Shown here in pieces: positions 1 through 12,173 of a stretch of DNA of 64,000 nucleotides. Under the pieces are notes generated by a model. That model worked only from the letters and a program-made list of their open reading frames with translations. It was not told the origin of the DNA and made no database searches. A program made the translations under genes and the position numbers. This DNA comes from a bacterium (GTDB lineage: Bacteria > Armatimonadota > JACIXR01): contig JACIXR010000007.1 of assembly GCA_014360495.1 (NCBI GenBank), positions 44,501 through 108,500 on the forward strand, written 5' to 3'. How positions within the stretch are numbered: position 1 is the first letter of the stretch; each line of letters begins with the position of its first letter.

Positions 1-270
1 GCGAGATTCGTTCTCATTAAAGGAGGTCATCTCCCCTCCGACCCCATTGATGTTCTATTCGATGGAAAAAACTTCCACCGCTTTTCCTCACCCCGCATAA
101 AGAAGACCGTTCACGGCACAGGGTGCATTCTATCCTCCGCTATAGCGAGCTATTTAGCGAAAGGGGAAAGCCTTTTTGATAGCGTGAGGTCTGCCATAGA
201 GTTCACTCATTCAGCGATAGAACGGGCGGTCCTTTTGGGTAAAGGACCACATTATTTAGTGCCTTTCTGA
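1..270 (+). CDS. ThiD/PdxK-family (ribokinase-fold) kinase, C-terminal fragment; 5' end lies outside the window
   Basis: Frame-1 ORF is open from the window edge to TGA at 268-270. Translation ...KKTVHGTGCILSSAIASYLAKGESLFDSVRSAIEFTHSAIERAV carries the C-terminal GTGC motif typical of HMP/HMP-P kinase and pyridoxal kinase. Confidence 0.55.
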   Translation, partial: ARFVLIKGGHLPSDPIDVLFDGKNFHRFSSPRIKKTVHGTGCILSSAIASYLAKGESLFDSVRSAIEFTHSAIERAVLLGKGPHYLVPF

Positions 271-281
271 CGCCTCCCTTT

Positions 282-976
282 TTAACCCAATGTTATGTCC
301 CTTGCAACGGTGAGAACCCACACCCTCTCTGCTTTCGCTCTCTTTAAGACAAGCGAACAAGCGGAGGCGGTTGCTCCTGTTGTCATAACATCATCCACTA
401 AAAGCACCCGTTTCCCTTTAACTTCTTCTTTTGCTGTAAGCCCAATTGCCCCTCTAACATTTGAAAATCTCTCCTGCCTACCCAATCCCACTTGCCTCCT
501 TACCTCCCTTCTCCATTCTAAAAGAGAAGGGTAAAAAGGAAGAGAAAGCAAATCAGCTACTCCAGCTCCTAATATAAGAGCCGTGCTATATCCTCTCTCT
601 TTCAAACTCCTCTTGTGAGGTGGAACAGGGATGACGCAGTCAATTTTCCAATAAGGCGGTATCGCCTTAACCATCAAATCCGTTAGAACCTTCTCCATTT
701 CCACGATACCCCTAAATTTGAAGGTAAGAAGCATTTCCCTGAGAACTCCCTCGTATAAACCTCCAGCCCTTGCCCCGTCGAAGTGAAGGTTTAAATCTTT
801 GCAGAAATAACAAATCGGACCCTCCTGAGGAGCACCGCAGAGTTGACAAGGGTTTTTTATTTTTTTAACTTCCCGAAGGCAATCATCACATATGACAACT
901 CCCCTCTTTCCATATCCGAGGCAGAAATGGGGAAATATCAATTCTAAAAGATTCTTGATAATTTCCTTCACACACT

Positions 977-980
<4 letters not shown>
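282..980 (-). CDS. ComF-family protein (phosphoribosyltransferase domain, ComFC-like)
   Basis: 232 aa. N-terminal Cys cluster (CLGYG...CDDC...CQLCG...CYFC) and PRTase motif VLLVDDVMTTGAT. Confidence 0.8.
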
Positions 981-4007
<3,027 letters not shown>

Positions 4008-5150
4008 TTAAACCTCTCTCCTCCCATAGAACCTCCTAATCGCATTTGCTACACGAATTATTTGCTCCTCCCTCAAGTGGGGGTGGACTGGCAAGGATAT
4101 CACCTCTCTTGCCGCTCTCTCTGCCTCGGGAAAATCTCCCTCCTTGTAGCCTAAATAGGAGAAAGCGGGCTGGAGATGAAGCGGTAAGGGATAATAAATC
4201 ATCGTCTGAATTCCTTCACCCAAAAGATGCTTCCTGAGCTCGTCTCTATTCTTTGCCCTTATCGTGAATTGATGATAGGTATGATAATTTCCTTCCACCT
4301 CTTCGGGAAGGATTATCTCCTCTACATCGTTTAATAGTTGTTTGTAGAGTTTGGCGTTTTCCCTTCTCTTTTCCGTCCATTCGCTGAGATATTTCAGCTT
4401 TACAAGCAAAACAGCCGCCTGCAGCTCGTCAAGCCTGCTGTTGGTTCCGAGGAAGTTAAATAGGTAATCCTTTCCCCCATGACAACGCAAGAGCTTTAAC
4501 TTCTCGTAAATCTCTACATTTGATGTCAAAATCATCCCTCCATCGCCTATAGCCCCGAGGTTCTTCGTGGGATAAAAACTAAGACAACCAACATCTCCAA
4601 ATGAGGAAACAGGCTTCCCTCTATGAAGGGCACCTATAGCCTGTGCAGAATCTTCAATTATGTATAGGGACTTTTCTTTGGCGATTTGAGTGAAGGATGT
4701 CATATCGCAAGCCTGTCCAAATAAGTGAACAGGCATTATCGCCTTTGTCCTCCTCCTTATTCTATTTCCCACCTCCTCAGGAGAGATATTGAAGGTTAGA
4801 GGGTCAATATCGGCGAATACAGGACGAGCACCCACTATTACTATACTCTCTGCGGAAGCGACAAATGAAAAGGGAGAGGTTATGACCTCGTCTCCTTTGT
4901 TTATGCTCAGGGCGTGAAGGGAAAGGGTGAGGGCATCAGTTCCCGAGTTTACACCCACTCCAAATCGTGTTCCGCAGAGGGAAGCTATTTCTCTCTCAAG
5001 TTGAGCTACATTCTCTCCCAGAACATATCGTCCTGAGAGAATGACCTCCTCAATAGCGGGTAAAATTTGAGGCAGTAAAATCTTATGCTGGTAGGCCAGG
5101 TCGTTTATGTGAATAGTTTCTTTTTCCATCTTGGAAATTATACCTTCCAT
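4008..5150 (-). CDS. DegT/DnrJ/EryC1/StrS-family PLP-dependent sugar aminotransferase
   Basis: 380 aa. Motifs GTDALTLSL, VHLFGQACDM and SFYPTKNLGAIGDGG. Directly abuts the pyrophosphorylase gene. Confidence 0.85.
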   Translation of the reverse strand: MEGIISKMEKETIHINDLAYQHKILLPQILPAIEEVILSGRYVLGENVAQLEREIASLCGTRFGVGVNSGTDALTLSLHALSINKGDEVITSPFSFVASAESIVIVGARPVFADIDPLTFNISPEEVGNRIRRRTKAIMPVHLFGQACDMTSFTQIAKEKSLYIIEDSAQAIGALHRGKPVSSFGDVGCLSFYPTKNLGAIGDGGMILTSNVEIYEKLKLLRCHGGKDYLFNFLGTNSRLDELQAAVLLVKLKYLSEWTEKRRENAKLYKQLLNDVEEIILPEEVEGNYHTYHQFTIRAKNRDELRKHLLGEGIQTMIYYPLPLHLQPAFSYLGYKEGDFPEAERAAREVISLPVHPHLREEQIIRVANAIRRFYGRREV

Positions 5151-5218
5151 TTATTAAAAGCGTCAAATACAAATTGCGTTTTTAAGTCACATCGTTCATC
5201 ATATTTTTGGTGATTAAA

Positions 5219-7282
5219 ATGAGAAAGTTTTCTCTGATGTTTTTCCTATTGCCTTTAATATTTCAACTTAAAGCAGATGAACTTTATTTTAGAAATGGAA
5301 CGGTTCTAAAAGACTGCTTCATAAGAGACGAGGGAGTGGAAATCCTCGTGTGGAGGAACATGGAAGAAGTCGGAGGTCCTGCTCTCGTCTATCCAAGAAG
5401 CGCTATTAAAAGCTTCAAGATAGAGAGGGACGACAAATGGGATATCCATCCACCCTTACCCGACCTAAGCGTTACCTTCATAGAGATTGAACCGAAGCTT
5501 GCAGGCTTACATGGGAGGGTAAACTACGATATCTATGGCAGACCAATAATTGGGGGTGGAAAACTACCCAAGCTTCCTCCAGATGAGGCAGCGCTTCATC
5601 CAGAAAAAATAGTGAAAAACTTAAAGCTGAATTATGAAAAGGGAGAACCCTTAATGCTCACAGCCCATATAAAGAATGTTGGCTTCGCCCCCTCAAAACC
5701 TTTCAAGTATCAATGGTTGATAGACGGAAAGGTAGTCAAGGAAGGGGAATACGGCAAGCAACTGTCGGAAATGGAGGAAACAACTGTGTCTTTAAAATGG
5801 AACTGGCAAGAAGGATTTCATTATGTCACTTTCAAGGTAATCAGCGAGCAGAAGGAAATAGCGAGTATAAATAATGAAGCGACGGACCCATTATGGGGGT
5901 GGGGACTTGTCTACATCGTGAACAAAAATAGAGTTGAAGCCTGGCACCAAGTGAGAAGCGCCTATGGTACCTTCTCCTTTGAAGATTACTACCGCTGGCA
6001 TATATCCATTATGAATAAGCTCTTTGAGAAGAGCGTCTTTCCCTCGGCTCCCCAAGGAATCAAGGCAAGGGTGAGGCTTGACAGGATTATCTATTGCGAT
6101 GATGTGGAAAAAGCTCATCAATCGCTTGTGGCTCCCGATGGTATTGCCTACCACCAGGGTTGTTGGATATGGACAGATAGCGAGGAGGAGAAAAAGGGAA
6201 ACTGGCAACCTCCGAATAAAGAGTGGCGTATTCAAACGGAATGGTCTCTACCCCACGAGTTAGGACATCAACTGGGCTTAACCGACTGGTATTTTCTTGA
6301 CTACCACGGCGATGAAAATCACAAAATGGAGGATAACGGAGAGAAGATAACCCATTTTATGACTCACCCAATCACGATGATGCACTGGCACGGTCCCCAT
6401 ATCTTCTCTGAGGCTGACGCTGGCTATCTAAATATGACTTATGATAAACCGAGAGGTCATTTCGGCGACCACTATTTCGCCATTCCTCGGGAAAATTTTC
6501 TCAAAATCGTGGATATCAATGGCATAGGCGTCCCGAATGCTAAGGTTGAAATATTTCAGAGAGGAGTGGTTTTAGACCCTAAGGGAAAGCCAACAAAACA
6601 GGGAAACGCTTGGTTCTATCCAGTGATAGAGAACGGGGATTTCTCCCATCCCGTCTCCAAAGAACCGGTAATTGTAGGCTTTACAGATGAGGAAGGGGTT
6701 CTCCGCCTTCCAAACCGCCCGGTTAAAGAAGTAAAGACATTGAATGGATTTCACCGTCGCCCCAACCCCTTCGGGAACATAAATGTTGTGGGGGAGAGAG
6801 GACTTCTCTTAGTAAAAGTGACAAAATACAACAGACCTTGCTATTTCTGGCTGGAAATATACGACTTCATAGTCGCTTGGTTCAGAGGGCACAAGGATAA
6901 ATTCACAATCGTTTTGAAAACTCCCTATCGCTCAGTAGATTCCCCTCTGCCACCGAGAGATGTGAATGCAATTCTCATAGATGAAAATCACGCTAAGGTC
7001 ATCTGGTCAGCTCCTAAAGTCCTTAGAGAGCAAAATTATCTTGACCGCCCTATAGGATTTAGGGTTTATCGTCGCATCTCAAATGACGGATTGAACGACC
7101 GTCCATGGTTCCCCGTAGGGACGGTGTCCTTCAATGAGGAAAAACAAACTTATGAGTTTACAGTCGACCTTAGGGAGTATCCTCAAGATATTTACTGGTT
7201 TTCAAGGGTTAACCGCTTCGCAGTTTCAACGATAGGCGAATGCGGAAAGGAAAGCGAACTCGTGGAAACAATCCTCAAATAG
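5219..7282 (+). CDS. Secreted hypothetical protein with HExxH zinc-metallopeptidase-like motif and C-terminal FN3-like region
   Basis: Signal-peptide-like N-terminus MRKFSLMFFLLPLIFQLKA. HELGHQLGL motif. RBS GGTGA 6 nt upstream of ATG 5219; the ORF track begins at 5207. Confidence 0.5.
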   Translation: MRKFSLMFFLLPLIFQLKADELYFRNGTVLKDCFIRDEGVEILVWRNMEEVGGPALVYPRSAIKSFKIERDDKWDIHPPLPDLSVTFIEIEPKLAGLHGRVNYDIYGRPIIGGGKLPKLPPDEAALHPEKIVKNLKLNYEKGEPLMLTAHIKNVGFAPSKPFKYQWLIDGKVVKEGEYGKQLSEMEETTVSLKWNWQEGFHYVTFKVISEQKEIASINNEATDPLWGWGLVYIVNKNRVEAWHQVRSAYGTFSFEDYYRWHISIMNKLFEKSVFPSAPQGIKARVRLDRIIYCDDVEKAHQSLVAPDGIAYHQGCWIWTDSEEEKKGNWQPPNKEWRIQTEWSLPHELGHQLGLTDWYFLDYHGDENHKMEDNGEKITHFMTHPITMMHWHGPHIFSEADAGYLNMTYDKPRGHFGDHYFAIPRENFLKIVDINGIGVPNAKVEIFQRGVVLDPKGKPTKQGNAWFYPVIENGDFSHPVSKEPVIVGFTDEEGVLRLPNRPVKEVKTLNGFHRRPNPFGNINVVGERGLLLVKVTKYNRPCYFWLEIYDFIVAWFRGHKDKFTIVLKTPYRSVDSPLPPRDVNAILIDENHAKVIWSAPKVLREQNYLDRPIGFRVYRRISNDGLNDRPWFPVGTVSFNEEKQTYEFTVDLREYPQDIYWFSRVNRFAVSTIGECGKESELVETILK

Positions 7283-7339
7283 CCTTTTTCCCTTGCTTAA
7301 TTTTTTAAATCTGTTTTACTATTATTGGAGGTGATTAAA

Positions 7340-8827
7340 GTGATAAAAGCAAGGTTATTTCTTGTTGTCCTGCTCTGTCTATTCGCTATTTCCTCAAGAC
7401 CTGCCTTACTTGAGACCCTCCTTTTGGGCGATGGCTCCTTCCTTAAAGACGCTACGCCTATGCGTGCCTCCAGCGCCGACCCCAACTGGGAAAACGGAAA
7501 CGGAGATGCTCGCTACATCGCCCCAAAACAAACCTTCACCCTTGCAGAGCTGAAAGGCCCAGGTATCATCACCCATATATGGTTCACTATTTGGGCTGAG
7601 GATAAATATTTCCCTCGCTCTCTCGTCCTTCGTATCTACTGGGATGACGAAAAAGAACCATCGGTAGAATCCCCTTTAGGGGATTTCTTCGCCGTCGGAC
7701 ACGGTCTCTTAACGAACCTCAACTCTATACCTGTCCAGATTTCCTCGGAAGGTAGAGCCTACAACTGCTACTGGCTTATGCCCTTCCGCAAATCAGCGAA
7801 AATCACCATTACGAACGATTCACCTGATAAAGCCGTAGGGGCTCTCTATTATATGATAGATTGGCTGAAACTCAAATCCCTTCCCCCCGATATACCCTAC
7901 TTCCACGCCCAATATAGACAGGAATATCCCTGCCAAATGGGAAAGGATTATCTCATATTGAAAACGGTGGGTAAAGGCTTCTATGTCGGAACAGTCCTCT
8001 CCGTCCAAATGAACCAGCCGGGTTGGTTTGGTGAAGGAGACGACCGCTTTTATATAGACGGTGAGAAAATCCCTTCCATTCAAGGCACGGGAACGGAGGA
8101 TTATTTCAACGATGCTTGGGGCTTCCGCCCCTTTAATCAACCCTATCATGGAGTGAGCATCTGGGAAGGATTTGATATAGATGATAGAGGAACAGCCTAC
8201 CGCTGGCACATTCAAGACCCCATTCCCTTCAAGAAATCGCTCATGGTTACAATAGAGCATAAAGGTGCCGAATTTGATTTTGAGAACAATAGATATACCT
8301 CCGGCTTCGCCGAGAGGGACGATTTCTTCTCCTCCGTTGCGTTTTGGTATCAAACAGGAAAAGCTCCCAGATTCGCCAAAATTCCTCCCCTTGAGGATAG
8401 GTTTGTCCCCCATACCTACATTGAGGCAGAATCCCTCCTCCAAACCGCAAAGGCAAGTCCACAAGATGCCCTCCAAACGCAAGACGGAAATTGGAGCGGA
8501 GGAAAACAAATCTTCTTCACTCCTCCTAGCCAAGATGCTTCCCTTGAGCTCAGATTCTTCGTTCCCACAGATGGACTCTATGTGCTGAAGGCTGATATCA
8601 CCCACTCCTGGGATTACGGGGTTTATCAAGCATATCTTGACGATAAGCCTGTGGGCGGTGCCTACGATTTGTATAACCCAACAGTCCAAACGAAGAGATT
8701 GAAGCTGGGAGTCATCAAACTCACCTCAGGAGAACATACCCTGCGTTTCGTATGCCAAGGGAAAAGTGAAAGCTCAAAAGGTTTCTTTTTCGGCATTGAT
8801 GGAATCTATCTCCGTAAAATCAAATGA
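7340..8827 (+). CDS. DUF2961-family protein (glycoside hydrolase family 172-like)
   Basis: About 495 aa, secreted. Motifs GPGIITHIWFT, YYMIDW and GEGDDRFYIDGE...GTGTEDYFNDAWG recalled as DUF2961 hallmarks. Probable GTG start at 7340 after GGAGGTGA; the ORF track start is TTG at 7325. Confidence 0.6.
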   Translation: MIKARLFLVVLLCLFAISSRPALLETLLLGDGSFLKDATPMRASSADPNWENGNGDARYIAPKQTFTLAELKGPGIITHIWFTIWAEDKYFPRSLVLRIYWDDEKEPSVESPLGDFFAVGHGLLTNLNSIPVQISSEGRAYNCYWLMPFRKSAKITITNDSPDKAVGALYYMIDWLKLKSLPPDIPYFHAQYRQEYPCQMGKDYLILKTVGKGFYVGTVLSVQMNQPGWFGEGDDRFYIDGEKIPSIQGTGTEDYFNDAWGFRPFNQPYHGVSIWEGFDIDDRGTAYRWHIQDPIPFKKSLMVTIEHKGAEFDFENNRYTSGFAERDDFFSSVAFWYQTGKAPRFAKIPPLEDRFVPHTYIEAESLLQTAKASPQDALQTQDGNWSGGKQIFFTPPSQDASLELRFFVPTDGLYVLKADITHSWDYGVYQAYLDDKPVGGAYDLYNPTVQTKRLKLGVIKLTSGEHTLRFVCQGKSESSKGFFFGIDGIYLRKIK

Positions 8828-9570
8828 CCGTTCCACATTTATTCCTCCCGCCTAAATCCCTACAAGAAGAGGAAATCGTTATCCAGGGAGAGCGGGCATT
8901 CTATCTCCTTGATGTTCTCCGGTTAAAGAGGGGGGAAAAGCTCTATTTAATGGATGGAGAAGGGGCATATTTCCTTGCCGAGCTTGTCTCCGCGAGCAAG
9001 GGGAAGGCTGTCTTGAAAATCATAGAGAGGGAATGGAGGGAGAGAAAGCCACCTTTCATCATCTCCGTAATTCCGATTCTAAAAGGGGATAAAACCGAAA
9101 CGGCAATTCGGGCTTTATCCCAAATGGGCATAACTACATTTTTACCTTTCACAAGCGAACGAACTATTGTGAAATTGGACGAGAAAAGAAAGAGACAGAA
9201 AGAGGAAAGATGGCAAAAGCTGGCAATGGAAGAGGCAGAGCTCTCCTGTTCACCTTTTTATCCCCATATCAAAGACATTCGGGGCTTCAAAGATGTATTT
9301 GATGAACTTTCAGATGTTCCAATTCTTTTAGCCTATGAAGAAGCGACGAGGGAAGACAAGGGTTTTCTATATTCTCTTCCCGAGAGGATTGCCTTAATCA
9401 CAGGACCCGAGGGAGGGTTCAGCGAGGGGGAGATAGAATTCGCGAAGGGGAAAGGAGCATTTATCGTCTCCTTGGGCGAGAACGTAATAAGCGCGGAGTT
9501 CGCACCCATAGTATTCGCGACCTTGGTTTTGTTCTTCCATCGCTTTGACATCCCTTTGAGGGTATTATAG
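8824..9570 (+). CDS. rsmE: 16S rRNA (uracil1498-N3)-methyltransferase RsmE
   Basis: 248 aa. Motif ITGPEGGFSEGEIEFA and overall RsmE-like layout. ATGA overlap with the upstream gene. Confidence 0.85.
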   Translation: MTVPHLFLPPKSLQEEEIVIQGERAFYLLDVLRLKRGEKLYLMDGEGAYFLAELVSASKGKAVLKIIEREWRERKPPFIISVIPILKGDKTETAIRALSQMGITTFLPFTSERTIVKLDEKRKRQKEERWQKLAMEEAELSCSPFYPHIKDIRGFKDVFDELSDVPILLAYEEATREDKGFLYSLPERIALITGPEGGFSEGEIEFAKGKGAFIVSLGENVISAEFAPIVFATLVLFFHRFDIPLRVL

Positions 9571-9590
9571 AATAAAGGAAAAAGGAGGCG

Positions 9591-10376
9591 ATGAACCCTT
9601 TGGTTATCTCCCTAATTGGCGTTGGAAAAATGGGCTCCGCTTTGCTCAAAGGATGGATTAGAGGGGGAATGAAAAAAGAGGAAATCATCATATATGATAA
9701 AATGACAACCGTTCTGGAACAATTTGCCCAGCAAGCCGAGATCGCCCCGAATTGTATAAAAGCCGTTGAGAAGGGAAATGTAATCGTTATAGCGGTAAAG
9801 CCAAAGGATTTAACTCCCTTATTAGAGGAAATTGGAGAACATTTAAAGGACAAAATATCCATAAGCATAGTGGCGGGAATTGGATTGGAGGAATTGAGGA
9901 AAAAAGCTCCGTCCAAATGGGTGAGGGCAATGCCAAATATCGCCTGTGAGATTGGAGAGGGCTTTATCGCCATTTGTGGAGACGGGGAAGGGTTAGCGAT
10001 AGCAGAGAAAATATTTGGTTTAACTGGAAAGGTCGTGAAGGTTGAGGAAAGTCTGATGGACGCAATAACGGCTTTGGGAGGAAGCGGTCCGGGCTTCGTT
10101 TCCCTTTTCTTAGATGCCTTAGCCGATGGTGGTGTAAAGATTGGGCTTCCCAAGGAGCTCGCTCTCCAAATAGCAGCACAGGTCTTCAAGGGGACAGCTG
10201 GTCTCATTATGAACTCTCAAAGGCATCCGATGGAGTTGAAAGACTCCGTCTGCTCGCCAGGAGGAACCACCATAGCGGGAATTAGCAGAATGGAGAAAGC
10301 TGGTGTGAGAGGTATACTGATTGATGGAATAGAGGAAGCCTTTAGAAGGGCGAAGGAATTGCAAAAGGGAGGATGA
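9591..10376 (+). CDS. proC: Pyrroline-5-carboxylate reductase
   Basis: 261 aa. N-terminal Rossmann motif LIGVGKMGSALLKGW; C-terminal CSPGGTTIAGI... typical of ProC. Confidence 0.9.
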   Translation: MNPLVISLIGVGKMGSALLKGWIRGGMKKEEIIIYDKMTTVLEQFAQQAEIAPNCIKAVEKGNVIVIAVKPKDLTPLLEEIGEHLKDKISISIVAGIGLEELRKKAPSKWVRAMPNIACEIGEGFIAICGDGEGLAIAEKIFGLTGKVVKVEESLMDAITALGGSGPGFVSLFLDALADGGVKIGLPKELALQIAAQVFKGTAGLIMNSQRHPMELKDSVCSPGGTTIAGISRMEKAGVRGILIDGIEEAFRRAKELQKGG

Positions 10377-10379
10377 AAG

Positions 10380-10871
10380 ATGAGACTTCTGCCGATTGAC
10401 ATCTTAGAAAAGCGGTTCAACAAAAAGCTCAGGGGCTACAATCCGAGGGAGGTAGACGAATTCCTCAATGAAGTATCAAAGAGTATGGGAGAGATACTGA
10501 TGGAGAACGCCTCCCTTAAGGAGGAGCTGGAGAAGGCTAAAGAGAAGCTATCCTACTTTGAGAAAATGGAGGAAACCCTTAGAAATGCCATCGTTCTTGC
10601 CCAGAAGACGGCAGATGAGGCAGTAGTAACCGCTCATAAGAGGGCGGAGGTGATATTGGAGGAAGCAAACAATAAGGCAAGGGAGATAATAGAGAAGGCT
10701 TATTTGGAGAAGCAGGAAATTCAGCGGGAGATAGAGGAGTTAAAAGAAAAGAAACATAGCTTGAAAGCCCAAATCCTGGGCATCATCAATACAATCGCTC
10801 AACTGCTTGAAGAGGAGGAGGAATGCGAAAAGGACTCCCAATCGCCGTCATCACAATCCTCTCCCTCTTAA
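10380..10871 (+). CDS. divIVA: DivIVA-domain cell-division protein
   Basis: 163 aa. N-terminal MRLLPIDILEKRFNKKLRGYNPREVDEFL, followed by coiled coil. Confidence 0.8.
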   Translation: MRLLPIDILEKRFNKKLRGYNPREVDEFLNEVSKSMGEILMENASLKEELEKAKEKLSYFEKMEETLRNAIVLAQKTADEAVVTAHKRAEVILEEANNKAREIIEKAYLEKQEIQREIEELKEKKHSLKAQILGIINTIAQLLEEEEECEKDSQSPSSQSSPS

Positions 10872-12142
10872 TCCTAATCCTAACAAACTTTTCAACGAAA
10901 AGCCTCCACCCTCGGGTGCCGATTGAGGACCTGCGAGCTATTTCAAAACTTCTTTCCCCACTTGCCCAATGGGATTGGGGATTGGAAACTCTTAAGAGCT
11001 ATTCAGAACGCAACGATAACCCACTCCTTCTCATCCTTGTCGCAATAGCCCTGGGAGAAAGAGGAGACTATAATAACGCCGTATCCCTTTTAAAAAGAGC
11101 TGAATCACTCCTTCCCTCTGATTCCCTGCCTCCTCTCCTACAAAAACTATATGACCGAAAGGAAAATCTAGATAAGGAAACCGTTTCCCTTCTTGCCCTG
11201 GAGCTGAAAAACAGGCTAAGAGGATGGTTTAGGGATAAGCCTCTCGCTCGCCTTTACCGGCTTTCCGGCAACATCACTTCAGCGGAGAAATTGGAAGCCG
11301 CTTTAGAAAGACACAATCGCCCAATGATTTTGCGAATCGCCTTCCTCACATTTTATACCCTTCTTGTTTTCCTCGCAGGCATATTCCTCCTCATTTTTTA
11401 CTTATCAACAGCATCTAAAAGACTATCCTCCCACCCTGAACCACCACCTTCAATAAGTTGGGGATGGGCGATAGCCATCATCTTCATATTCATCATCACA
11501 CAAACGGCTATCGCCGTCATCCCTCTTTTCCTCGCTGCTCTCCCAATATACTCTACCCCTTTCTGGAGAAATTCCGTTCCCTTTTTCTACCTCCTATCCG
11601 AAATCACAGGTGGTCTTCTTATTTTACATCTAACCCTTAAACTCTTGTCCCAGAACCAGCTCAGCCTCAAGGATATCGGCTTTAAGATAGAAGGGCTGGG
11701 TAATTTCCTCTGGGGATTGGGTGGATTTTTATCCGCCTTTCCCCTCGTCGTGTCCACCTTTGCACTCTCCTATCTCCTACGCCTTTCCTCAATTAAAGGA
11801 AGAGAGGATATCCCCCTCCTTTTCCTAACCTCCTCCACTGGAGGCAAAATAGCTCTGTTTTTCCTCGTCTTTGCCCTCGCCCCAATTTTTGAGGAACTAA
11901 TGTTTAGGGGAATTCTCTATCCTTCCCTCCGCCGAGAGCTCGGCGTCACCCCAGCTATCGCTTTGAGCTCCTTCTTCTTCGCTTCAATTCACGCCAATGT
12001 CTCCCAGATTCTTCCCCTTATGGCTTTGGGAGCGCTCTTTAGCTTCCTCTATGAAAAGAAACGCTCCCTCATCCCATCCATCATTGCCCACGCCCTTTGG
12101 AATGCCCAAAATGCCCTTTTCCTCTTCCTTCTATATACCTGA
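10823..12142 (+). CDS. CPBP-family intramembrane metalloprotease (CAAX protease-like) with N-terminal TPR-like region
   Basis: 439 aa, multiple TM helices. CPBP motifs FEELMFRGILY and HALWN. Start ATG 10823 preceded by GAGGAGGAGGA, overlapping the divIVA 3' end by 49 nt. Confidence 0.7.
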   Translation: MRKGLPIAVITILSLLILILTNFSTKSLHPRVPIEDLRAISKLLSPLAQWDWGLETLKSYSERNDNPLLLILVAIALGERGDYNNAVSLLKRAESLLPSDSLPPLLQKLYDRKENLDKETVSLLALELKNRLRGWFRDKPLARLYRLSGNITSAEKLEAALERHNRPMILRIAFLTFYTLLVFLAGIFLLIFYLSTASKRLSSHPEPPPSISWGWAIAIIFIFIITQTAIAVIPLFLAALPIYSTPFWRNSVPFFYLLSEITGGLLILHLTLKLLSQNQLSLKDIGFKIEGLGNFLWGLGGFLSAFPLVVSTFALSYLLRLSSIKGREDIPLLFLTSSTGGKIALFFLVFALAPIFEELMFRGILYPSLRRELGVTPAIALSSFFFASIHANVSQILPLMALGALFSFLYEKKRSLIPSIIAHALWNAQNALFLFLLYT

Positions 12143-12173
12143 TATGTTAAACTTTTTTAGGAGAGTGATTTTT

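Noticed and set aside
9461-10207. 248-aa ORF on the minus strand
   Set aside because: Lies entirely antisense to proC, has low-complexity P/S-rich composition and no motifs; treated as a shadow ORF. The same reasoning applies to other antisense ORFs in the track (for example 7820-8689, 14014-14394, 47713-48585, 55479-56030, 58191-58958).
11997-12173. Upstream in-frame extension of the giant secreted protein in the ORF track
   Set aside because: It overlaps the CPBP protease gene, whereas the ATG at 12174 has an RBS and is followed by a typical signal peptide.
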